Assembly: GCA_050084985.1 (NCBI GenBank)
Contig: JBITNC010000001.1
Location: forward strand, 190,340,001-190,404,000
Direction: 5' to 3'
From: Nageia nagi
Taxonomy: Eukaryota > Plantae > Pinophyta
Length of the DNA stretch: 64,000 bases
Below, in pieces: positions 52,761 to 64,000 of this stretch. A model generated the notes under the pieces. The model had not been told where the DNA came from, ran no database searches, and saw only the letters and a list, made by a program, of their open reading frames with translations. A program made the translations under genes and the position numbers. How positions within the stretch are numbered: the stretch's first letter is position 1; every line of letters starts with the position of its first letter.

Positions 52761-55700
52761 ATGGCAGAAGAAGGGAGGTTGAAGGTGGAAAGATTTAATG
52801 GGCAAGGATTTCAATTTTGGAAAATGCAAATGGAAGACTACCTCTACCAAAAGGATCTCTATCAATCTCTAGAAGATAAGAGTAAGAAATCGGCTACTAT
52901 GAGTGATGGAGATTGGAACTTGTTGGATAGAAAAGCCTTGGGGGTTGTTAGACTTTGTTTAAGTTCTAGTGTAGCTTTCAATATTTTTGATGAAAAAACT
53001 ACTAAAGGAGTAATGGATAAACTTGCAAAAATGTATGAAAAATCATCCGCCTCAAACAAAGTATACTTAATGAAGAAATTGTTTAACATGAAAATGAATG
53101 AAGGTAGTTCAGTTCAAGACGATGTTAATGAATTCAACATAATCACAAATCAGTTAACTTTAGTTAAGATAGAATTTGAAGATGAAGTAAGAGCTTTATT
53201 AATTCTATGTTCACTTCTGGATAGTTGGAATAGCTTTGTTATGGCTGTTAGTAATTCTTCTTCTAATGCAGTTTTGGTCTTTGATGAAGTTGTTGGAACA
53301 ATTCTAAGTGAGCACATGAGGAGAAAATCCACAGGAGAAAGTTCCAATGCTGCTCTCATAGTAGAGACAAGAGGAAGATCAAGGGAAAGAAGGAGAAACA
53401 AGTCAAGAAGCAAATCACAAGGAAGGTCAAAATCAAAAGGTAACACTAAATTGGAATGTTGGCATTGTGGTAAAAAGGGTCACATTAAGAAAGATTGTTA
53501 GAATAGGAAAGGAAAAGAAAGTGATAGTAGTAATAATAATAATGAAAGCACAAGCAACCAAGAGGCAAATATTGTTGGTGAATTAATTCAATATGCTTTA
53601 ATCATGTCTCATGAAAAGAATGGTGATTATTGGGTTCTTGATTCGGGTGCTTCATTTCATGCTACTCCACATAAGAACTATTTCTCAAATTACACACAAG
53701 GTGACTTTGGTCAAGTATTATTAGGTAATGCACACCCATGTAAGATTGTTGGTATTGGCAATATAACAATGAAATTACCTAATGGAACACAATGGACTCT
53801 TAATGATGCTAGACATATTCCAGACCTTAAAAGAAATCTTATATCAACAAGTAAATTGGATAAGGAGGGTTATGTGATGACATTTGGGGATGGTAGTTGG
53901 AAAGTAACTAAAGGTTCAATGGTATTTGCAAAGGGAAATTTGGTGGGGTCTCTTTATTTGCTCACAAATGTCTTTGATTATTCATTGAATCTTGTTTCAA
54001 TAGGCAATGATGCATCACTATGGCACAATAGGCTTGGACATATGAGTGAGAAAGGCATGAAAATGTTACACTCTAATGGTTCACTCCCTAATCTAAAAGA
54101 GGTTGATTTAGGATTCTGTGAAGATTGTGTGTATGGAAAACAAACAAGGGTTAGTTTTCTTAAAGTTGGCAAAGAAAAGAAGAGTAAAAAATTAGAGCTT
54201 GTTCATACGGATGTGTGGGGTCCTGCACAGGTTTGCTCACTTGGGGGCTCATCTTATTTTGTCACTTTTATTGATGATTGTACTAGAAAGACATGGGTAT
54301 ACTGCATTAAAAAGAAATATGATGTGTTTGAAACATTTAAGAGGTGGAAGGCATTGGTTGAGAATGAAACTAATTCTAAGTTGAAATGTCTTAAGTCTGA
54401 TAATGGTGGGGAATTTTGCAACAATGAGTTTGATTCATTTTGTTCACACAATGGCATTAGAAGGATTAAGGTAGTTCCTAGAACTCCACAGGAAAATGGG
54501 GTTGCTGAAAGAATGAATAGGACTATCTTGGAAAGGGCTAGAAGTATGAGGATACATGCTGGGTTTCCTTTGAATCTTTGGGCTGATGCTATTGACACTA
54601 CTATTTACTTGATTAACAAGGGTCCATCTATGGCTTTAGATGGAGGTATTCCAGAGGAGATGTGGATAGGTAAAAGGTTGAATTACTCATTCTTGAGAGT
54701 CTTTGGTTGTGAGGCTTTTGCACATATTGATAAAGAGGATAGAAAGAAACTTGATGCAAAATCACAAAAATGCTATCTTGTTGGATATGGTGTTAATGAT
54801 TTGGGATATAGGTTATGGGATGTTGATAACCATAAAATCATTAGAAGTAGAGATGTTGTATTCAATGAGAAAAGCATGTATAAAGATAGATTGCAAAAGG
54901 TTGAGGAACCCAAGTTTGTATCTCTAGAAGATGTTGATCAATATAAGGGTCCTGTTAATAATAATGTTCAAGCACCTCCACCACAAACACCTCAAACTTT
55001 GTCACTTAGAAGGTCCTCAAGGACTAGAAAACCTCCTGAACGATATTCTCTTGCTCTTTATGATGTTCTTTATACTGATGGTGGTGAACCTGAATGTTTT
55101 GATGAAGCTATGCAGGGTGGTACACAGATTAAGTGGGAGCATGCTATGAAGGAGGAGATGGACTCCTTACTTAAGAATCAGACTTGGAGTTTAGTTGAGC
55201 TTCCAGAGGGTAAGAAGGCACTTACTAACAAATGGGTGTACAGGATAAAGGAAGAGGGAGACGGGCGACAAAGGTACAAGGCAAGACTTGTGGTAAAGGG
55301 TTTTGCTCAAAAAAAGGTATAGATTATGATGAGATCTTTTCTCCAGTTGTTAAAATGACCTCAATTAGAGCAATATTGAGTCTTTTTGCTACTGAAAACT
55401 TGTTTCTTGAACAATTGGATGTAAAGACAACTTTCCTTCATGGGGATTTGGAGGAGGATATTTATATGCATCAACCCAAAGGTTTTGAGGTCAAAGGTAA
55501 AGAAGGGTATGTATGTAAATTTAAAAAGAGCTTGTACGGTTTGAAGCAAGCACCTAGGCAATGGTATCACAAGTTTGACACTTTCATGATAACAAATAAA
55601 TTTGTAAGATGTCAATTGGATCATTGTGTATATGTAAAGAAGACAACAAATGGCAACTATGTAATCTTGCTTTTGTATTAGATGATATGTTGGTAGCAGG

Positions 55701-56637
55701 ATCTAGTATGCAAGATATTGTTGATCTTAAGAAAAAGTTGGCTAATACTTTTGAAATGAAGGATTTGGGTGAAGCTAAACAAATTCTTGGAATGAAAATA
55801 ACAAGAGATAAACAAAACCACTTGCTTAGACTAAGTCAAGAAGATTATATTGATAAGGTTCTTAAAAGGTTCAATATGAAAGATGCAAAATCTGTAACTA
55901 CACCATTGGCAAAGCATTTTAAACTCACCAAACATTTAAGTCCTAAGACAGATAAGGAAAAGGAGTACATGACTAAGGTTCCCTATGCTTCGGCAGTTGG
56001 GAGTTTAATGTATGCAATGGTATGTACTAGACTAGATATAGCACAAGCAGTGGGAGTGGTTAGTAGATTCATGAACAATCTAGGAAAAGGGCATTGGGAA
56101 GCAGTTAAATGGATCCTTAGGTATTTAAGGGGTACTTCTCATTACTCTTTATGTTTTGGTGGATCTAACTCTTATTTGCAAGGTTATGTTGACTCTGACA
56201 TGGCAGGTGATATAGATGGTGGGAGAAACACTACAGGATATGTGTTTACCATTGGAGGTACAGTGGTTAGTTGGATTTCTAAGCTCCAACAGGTTGTGGC
56301 TCTCTCCACTACTGAGGTAGAGTATGTTGTAATTATGAAAGGTAGCAAAGAATTGATTTGGTTGAAGAGGTTTATGGAGGAATTGGGAAAGGTGCAGGAG
56401 GATGCGAAGCTATGGAGTGATATCCAGAGTGCTATCCATCTTGCAAAGAAATCAACCTTCCATTCAAGAACCAAACATATCAAATTGAGGTACCACTTCA
56501 TTAGGACAGCATTGGAGGATGGTTCAGTCAGTTTGGGAAAGATTCACACATCTCAAAATCTTGCAGACATGTTCACTAAAGTTGTTACGAAGGAGAAGTT
56601 GGGCTCTTGCTCAACTTCGATTGGTCTTAAGGAGTAA
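52761..56637 (+). pseudogene. Copia gag-pol polyprotein with three lesions
   Basis: CWHCGKKGHIKKDC, WVLDSGAS, LWHNRLGH, SDNGGEF, PQENGVAER, YKARLVVKGF, SLYGLKQAPRQW, ADMFTK; TAG at 53499-53501, frameshift in the A-run near 55310, 1-nt deletion in YVDD near 55679. Confidence 0.95.
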
Positions 56638-56686
56638 AGGCCAAGATGAGAAGCTTTTGACCCTTGTTGTAGAGAAGGAAGTCTCC

Positions 56687-56697
56687 AAGTGGGAGAT
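56687..56697 (+). other. Polypurine tract
   Basis: aagtgggagat immediately before the 3' LTR. Confidence 0.85.
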
Positions 56698-57312
56698 TGT
56701 TGAAAATGGAGATTACAGCTAGCCAGCCAACCAACCAGACCCTGTCAAAACTGGCCAACCAGCCAGCCAACCAGCCAAAATAAAGAGCATTTCTTTTCTC
56801 GTTTGACACCAAATTTTAGTTGCCAAGAAGCCATGAAACTTGGATATGAGTTACTGAAGGGTTGGGGGTAACCTCATGACCTTCCAGATCCAACTTGGGT
56901 TTGTTTGTATTTATAAATAAGAGGCTTGAGTTGAGGCATATAGATTGAAGTTTGTAAGTAGTTTTAGCAGCAGTTGTGAGTTGCTTGTAATTGTAGTTTG
57001 GTGGCTTATGTAGATAGCCTGAGAGAGAGAGATTATAGTGAGGCTTTGTTGTAGCTCCAAAGTGAAGGTTGTAGCAAGGTTGTGCTACTAGTTTTTTGCT
57101 TGGAGGACTTGGAAGAATGTTATGCAAAAGGGTTGAAAGCTTCTCCATGGATGTAGCCTACATTGGGTGAACCACGTTATCTCTTGTGTCTCTCATTGTG
57201 TGATTGATGTTCATAGTAGTTTGATTTCAGTATGCTTGAATGTTGTTTTTTTTGCCAAGGAGTAGGATAATTATTGATGCTCTTGTTTATATGAAATTAT
57301 TGAATCCTAACA
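56698..57312 (+). repeat. Copia 3' LTR (615 bp)
   Basis: Direct repeat of the 5' LTR with about 20-25 substitutions and several indels by hand count. Confidence 0.97.
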
Positions 57313-60300
57313 CTCATCATGATGTTGCATTCAATCTTGATGAGACTCTTTGAAAAGAGCCACTTTTTCCTCGAGTCACCTCCTCATCCTATATATGTGT
57401 CTCCCATGATCCACCTCATTTGTATCCTATACCTACTCTATTTAGGCCTCCACCAAGACCTACCAATAGTCATTCTAGGCCTCCACATGTCCCTCTTAAT
57501 AGTCCCTCTTCTTGAATCTTGAGATTTCATAGGCCATCACCATATCTTAAAGTTACCTTAGTTGGATGATATACTTCTTCTTATCCAACACACCAATCAA
57601 GAACCTAACACAAATTGCCACCATTGTAGGATCATAATATTAAATATATTATTATTCAAAACCATTCATATCACACATTATTACCTCATGTACCTTTTTT
57701 CTATGTACAACTTGATCTTCTACCTAGAATGCATGTAGGGAACAAGTTTTAGTAACCATCCAACCAATGTACCAACATAACCAAATTATTCATCATCTTC
57801 TCATGTGGTGGTTCCTTAAGGGAAAGTATACAAACAATAATTTGATGATCCTCCTCATATGTAAGCTCATGTATCATACTTCATACCTCATTATGATCCT
57901 AGGTATGATCAATCAACTTATCATGTCCAAGATCCTCTTCTTGGAAAATCTATATTCCAGAGTCACCATGAGTTTCAAAATCAAACAACTAAAGGGATTT
58001 CGATCCAAAATCAAACAAACTTTTTAACAAAAGTGAATTTTACCACAATCTAACTACATGATCAATATTGTGGGAAAATTAAAGCATTATATTATGATGA
58101 TCAAAATAACCAATATGATAATCAACCTATTATTTATGTACCTAATAAGCAAGTGGTCATAAGAACTCAACCTTTAAATATAAATGATAAAGTATTTAAA
58201 AGGTTGAAAGATATGGAAATAAAAGTAAATGATCATGGAAAGGTTAAGTTATCTTACACTTCAATTTGCAATAAACCAATTCATCCAAGTGTACCTATTA
58301 AGAGTTTTCCATATAAATTTGAGATACCTAGTATAGAAAAATTCAAAGATAAGGAAGATCCTAGAGAGCATTTGAGATAGTTCAAATATTCATGTTATAT
58401 CATAAGAAATCATGATGTACTTATGCTTAGGACATTTCCTATGTCACTTTCAAGGAGATCCTTAGATTGGTATGAGAACCTTCCTCAATATAATATACAT
58501 TCTTTTAAATAGTTTGTTGATAAGTTTTTAGACCACTTTACAATCAATGTCAAAAAGAGGGCATCAATCATGGATTTAGGTAAACTATCCCAATTTGAAT
58601 ATGAATCAATATTAAATATATGTATGTAGATGGAGAGATTTAGCAACTAATATCCCATACACACTCCATCAAGATAAATTGGTCAAACTCTTCTCTAGAA
58701 GTTGTAACAAACCTATCTCTCAAATACTAAGAATACAACATCATACATTTGAGGATGCATTATCACAAGCTAAATTGAATGAATAAGGTAAGGTTCAATA
58801 TTGTAAAATAAATATAAGAAAGAAAGAGAATAATAATAAAAAATATCAAAATAATGGTGGAAATCCTAATACTTCCTATAAAAAGTACCATATCAATCAA
58901 GTCTCTTATGATGTGCATCAAACATTACTAGTATTGCAATTTGCTCCACCAAGGCCACCCAGGGCCAATCCACAAGCTCAATATATGAACTCAAGATTGA
59001 CCAAAAAACAATCAAGGAAATTATAGAGCTAGACAACCTTGAAAATAAGGGAAATAAAGGATATGGACATAATTAGCCAAGCATATAGAGGATGTATTAA
59101 AGAAACTCCTTAATGCACAATTAATTATACTTCATAAAATAAAATAAGAGGATCCAAATAGGGATATACCAACTTGATACAAGGATAATGAATATTGCAC
59201 TTATCATATATAAAAGGTATATGAGACAAATAAGTGTAATCAATTGATAAATGTTATAAAATGCTTGATTGAAAATGGTCAAGTATCCATTGGAAATCCT
59301 ATAGCGCAACCTGATAGAAACTTGGGAGTGTTTAAAGATCCAAATCCAAGACACAATAATAATGATAATCAAGTATGATCTATCCCCTCTACTTATCGAT
59401 AAGTAATACATAAAAATTATTAGCTATAATCTTATGAATTCTTAGGTGTTATTGATGTTGATGTGGTTAATGCGATAACTCAAAATGGTAGAGGAAATGA
59501 TAAAGTATCTCCTCCAAGGGAGACAAGGATCCAACAACCTCTACCACAATCTCAAGTATAGATTTAGACATAATATTCATGACTAGTTGTTACAATCAAG
59601 ACACACTTAGAAAAGAAATTAAGGACTATACAAATAAAGTTATCACTATGGGATTTGTTATAATATTCAAAAGAACATAGAGAGGCATTGAATGAGATCT
59701 TAAAGACTATAGAGTTACCAAGTGATAATTTGAATGTATTTGGAGATTTCATTAGGGAAGTATTAAATTGCACTAGACCATCCCTCACTTTCTATTGAGA
59801 TGAGATTAATCATACTCCAATGAATAAGTTCAAGAACATTGCATTATATATTGTAGCATTTATATATTATTTCCCTTTCCAAAGGGTATTAGTGTATGAT
59901 GGATCTACCATCAATGTTATATTATATGTGGCACTAAAATAGGTTAAGGTTACCATAACTTTTCTAAATGCACCTACACTGACATATAGAGCATTTAACA
60001 ACACCTTGGATACTATAGTGGGCATAATGGTACTCCTAGTCAAAGTGGGTACTAAGGCACTTCCAACTACCTATCATATGGTTGAGGGAGATATGCAATA
60101 CAATTTACTATTGGGTAGGCCATGGATAGAAAATATAGAGTGTGTGCCTTCTACCACACATGGATGTCTTAAATAGTAACATGATGGAATGATACATAGT
60201 ATAATGATGGATCCAAATACCTATAGTCATTAAAATTCATTTTTTATTCTTGAGTCCCCTTTCATACCTTGTTGGTATATTTTTCATGTCACTATCCTTG

Positions 60301-63300
60301 TAAAAAATCATTCACATCCATAATAGCTTGCTTTATAAGGACCTTCATCATTAACTCTTCCTTTCATTTAGCCATATGTTTCATCACATCCATCCTCTTC
60401 ATCTCCATGTGATGTACCTCCCCTTATACATTAGTATGGTAAATATCTAAATGATTATGCATGGGATTCATGTATTCATCATACCTCATATTCACACATT
60501 TATGGAAATAATCCTTCATATTACCATAATGTTCCACCATCAGATAGTTTCCACTATTCTTAGTCATTTTTTAATTAGTCCCATTTTAGGAAGATGATCC
60601 CTTTTCATATTTGATTGATAAGGTTTTCTATGATCAATATCAGGTTGACCATATTAATTCAATTCCTTCTGATATTATCTAATATGAGTGTCATGACAAG
60701 GAGTTATATCATATTAACAATGTGCTTGTTAATATTCCTTAAATATGAGACTTGGGGAGACCTCAAGAATCCGCACTTGTTCTTGACTCCATCATACTGC
60801 TAGGTCATTATCCAAACCAATATTTCTTTGTCTACATAGGTACTTATTTTCCCAAGGATATTCCCTTAAATCACATCTTTAAGGAGAAATTTTATTTTAA
60901 AATCAATTATCTTTCATATCCTAAATTAGTGCATAGACTCTTTGCTAAATCAAAATGGCAAGGATATGGCCTAAGAAAATATGAGCAAGGGAAAGTTCAT
61001 CCTTTTACCATGAATTTTGAATTCAACTATGAAAAAATATTTCCAAGGTTTCATGGCCCTAAGTTAAAACATCTAGAAGAGAAACTTGAAAACCTTAATC
61101 TTCTAGAGAACGAGGTGCATCACTATGATGAGTATGACATCAATTTGTTCTTTAGGCCATCTAGTCCTCATGCTTTTGAGTGTTCTATTCTAATCAATTT
61201 CTTCCATGAGTTACCATGTGGCCTTATCCTTGATATTGTTATAGTTTATTTGGTTGTCTCATTTTCATTTTCCCCTCAACTTGAATGTAATTCACACTTG
61301 GCTATCAGTCCTAAGTCCTTAAATTTCTCTTCACATTTATCGGGTCCTTATTTAGCTTATGATATAGCTTATTCATCTCATATTTGTATTAATGAAGCCT
61401 CTACATATAAATTTTCTTCTCACATTAATAGTTTGGGCAAATATGTTTATTCTTATCTTCCCATATTTAAACAATTAGAAGAAGGTTCACACATGCATCT
61501 AGGAAAGTTAGTTATGATTGATATAAATCATAATCTAGATTATCACAAAATAGTTTATGTGGGAGATATTTTGAGGGAATTAGAGAAATAAAAATATTCT
61601 AAAGAGGTATTCAAGATATTTTCCTTTGAATATCACGATATGTCAAGTATGGATCCCAATGTAGTTGTCCACAACATCATCACATATCCTAATGCCAAAC
61701 CAATCAAGCATAAATGAAGGAAATTCCATCATACCCAATCACTCTAGATAAAATATGAGCTTTAGAATTTATTATATGTTGATTTTATCACTCCTATAGA
61801 CTATTAGTGGGTTTCCAACATGGTACCTATCGATAAGATAATGGGTCATATCAATATTTATACTGATTTCAGAGACCTTAATACAACTTGTACAAAGGAA
61901 GATTTTACACTACCTAACATTGATACCTTAGTGGAAAAAATTATATGATATGATATACTCTCCCTTATGGATAAATTATTAGGATATAATCATATTTGGA
62001 TTACCCTACAAGATTAACATAAGAAAATATTTACTAAATCATGGGGCACATTTTGCTACAAAGCAATACCTTTTGAGCTTAAGAATGCCAATGCAACATA
62101 TCAAAGAGACATTTCATATATCTTCAATGATATGAAGCATGATATATTTAAGGATTATGTTAATGATCTTTAGATCAAATCTAGAACATGGAACCAACAT
62201 TGGAAAGTATTAGAGAAATTATTTGAGAGACTTATCAAGAATAATATTAAATTAAATCCAAGGAAGTATGTATTTGGTGCCACTTTAGGAAATTTACTAG
62301 GGTTAATTATTTCCAAAATAGGAATAGAGGTATACCCCAATAAAGTCATCACCATTACTAGTATACCCCTTCCATAAGAGGTAAGAGATTTAAAAAGTCT
62401 TCAAGAGAATATTCAAGAATTTAGATGATTCATAGCTCAGTTATCAGAAAAGTGTTGACCCTTTAATGAGCTTATCAATTTGAAAGGGGTAAAATTTGAA
62501 TGGAATGAGTATTTACAATATTCATTCAATGATATCAAGAGATATTTGACTACTCCTCTAGTGCTTATCCCACATAAGGATGATTTCACCTTTCATCTCT
62601 ACCTCTCTGCTATAAACTTTACCTTAGGGTTAATATTAGCCCAAAAGAATAATCAAACCAAGGAACAAGCTATATATTGCCTTAGTCATACACTTATCAA
62701 TTATGAGCTCATATATATCTAAATTTATAAGGTATATCTTATTATTTTCTTTACAACCAAGAAATTGAGACATTACAAACTTAATCACACCATATATATG
62801 GTTTCTAGAGGTGATACACATAAATATATGATGAGCAAGACATAACACAATACAAGGAAAACTAAATGGATTATGTTTCTATCAACATTTTACCTATTAT
62901 TCATTAATAAAAAATAGGAAATGGTTAGGTTATAGTAGATATATTGGTAGAGGCACTTATGTAGGACACTTCACCTTTAGAGACCACCCTCCTTGATGAG
63001 GATGAATTTAGAATAGAGAATGAATATTTTGTTGACACTTAGGATGACTATGACATGATAATGTATTTTTATGGGTCAATATGTGAACAAGGAGGAGGTG
63101 TGTGAGTTTTTTTCTTCACCCCTTAGGGGGTTATCATTCCTTATTCTTTCAAACTTGATTTCCCATGAACCAACAATAATGCAAAGTATGAGAATTTAAT
63201 TTTTGGCATAAAAGTGACCATAGAGTTAAAATTTGAGATAATATTAATTTATTTTGATTTTCAATTGGTATTTAATTAGATCATGGGAATTTATCAATGT

Positions 63301-64000
63301 CACAATGAGTTATTGAAAATCTATAAAGACATGTCATTGGAGTTACTTAAGTGGTTAAAATTATATAAAATCAAGGTGGACCCTATATTATCAAATAAAT
63401 TTGGAGATATAATGTATTTCCTAGGATGACACATTCAACATGTGTAAGTAGTGACATTAAAATAGACTTCATCCAAGGTACCATTACCTTTTAGACTTTC
63501 AGTAGTTATTATCAATGAGATCATAGTTGAGCTAAGAGATTTATGGTACACACAAGTGCATGAATATATTAAGTGGAATGCCTTGCCACCTAACATGTAT
63601 TTTGGTGAGAAATGTATATTCAAGAAAAAGATATTCTATTATGCTATACTAGGAGATTTCATCTATAAAGAGTCATATGATGGATTTCTATTGAGATGTT
63701 TAGAACTTTATGATCAACAAATTGCTATACATATATTTCATGATGATATTTATGATCAAAAAATTTCAATATCACTACCATAGAATATTTTACCAAATGG
63801 GTTGAAGCTACACCATTAGTTTCTACCACAAGCCCTTAGTTTGCAAATTTCATTGAGATACACATCACATGTTAGTTTGGCATTCTAGAATGGATCATAT
63901 CAAAAAATGGTCTTAACTTTAAGAATCAAAATATATGAAGATCATATAATGGTTAAAATATTAAATACTTGTCCATAATATATTACCCTTAGGGTAATGG

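Larger units (their letters stand above)
52077..57312 (+). mobile_element. Full-length Ty1/copia LTR retrotransposon (Tnt1/Tork-like), 5236 bp
   Basis: Paired TG...CA LTRs, PBS, PPT, gag-PR-INT-RT-RH domain order; flanks cttac / ctcat (degenerate 5-bp TSD). Confidence 0.98.
51500..64000 (+). mobile_element. Old Ty3/gypsy Tat-type gag-pol, interrupted by the copia element and running off the window
   Basis: MVETR start ~51506; gag KFEIPSIEKFKDKEDPREHL ~58320; protease ~59880-60170 (YNLLLGRPWI); G-patch ~60940; RT ~61620-62350 (TDFRDLN, PFELKNANATYQ, DYVND); RNase H ~62500-62900; second RNase H ~63060-63420 (MYFYG, TNNNAKYE); integrase from ~63600. The 5' LTR probably lies within ~48900-51025 but is unresolved. 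Confidence 0.88.

Noticed and set aside
53499-53501. Programmed gag-pol stop readthrough in the copia element
   Set aside because: TAG follows the zinc knuckle where Trp (TGG) is common, so a G-to-A mutation is simpler; Tnt1-like elements use one ORF
60752-61591. 279-aa ORF as a host gene
   Set aside because: Lies between gypsy protease and RT and contains the G-patch-like segment; part of pol

Overview
AT-rich, CpG-depleted plant nuclear DNA; the repeat style suggests a large gymnosperm genome (inference). Two apparently intact genes, both on the minus strand, sit in CpG-retaining islands: a single-exon QALGGH C2H2 zinc-finger/EAR repressor (23842-24681) and a six-exon FAD-dependent monooxygenase (46540-48297, 435 aa). 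The rest is nested, mostly decayed mobile DNA: a Ty3/gypsy relic with an antisense Plant Mobile Domain ORF, a hAT transposon with palindromic motif arrays, an L1 3' fragment, a ~1 kb TIR element, a near full-length RTE-X-like LINE, and a probable CACTA accessory-gene relic. That relic is interrupted by a 3.2 kb A-tailed, TSD-flanked insert that carries no recognisable RT. There are also scrambled PPR/E/DYW and importin-beta gene fragments, and a young full-length Ty1/copia element (52077-57312) inserted into the gag of an old Tat-type gypsy element. Best leads: the RT-less TSD-flanked insert with a Transposase_32-like ORF, the order-scrambled PPR mosaics, and the monooxygenase whose five introns are all 3n and stop-containing. 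Family assignments come from motif recognition by eye, not database searches, and boundaries of decayed elements are approximate.
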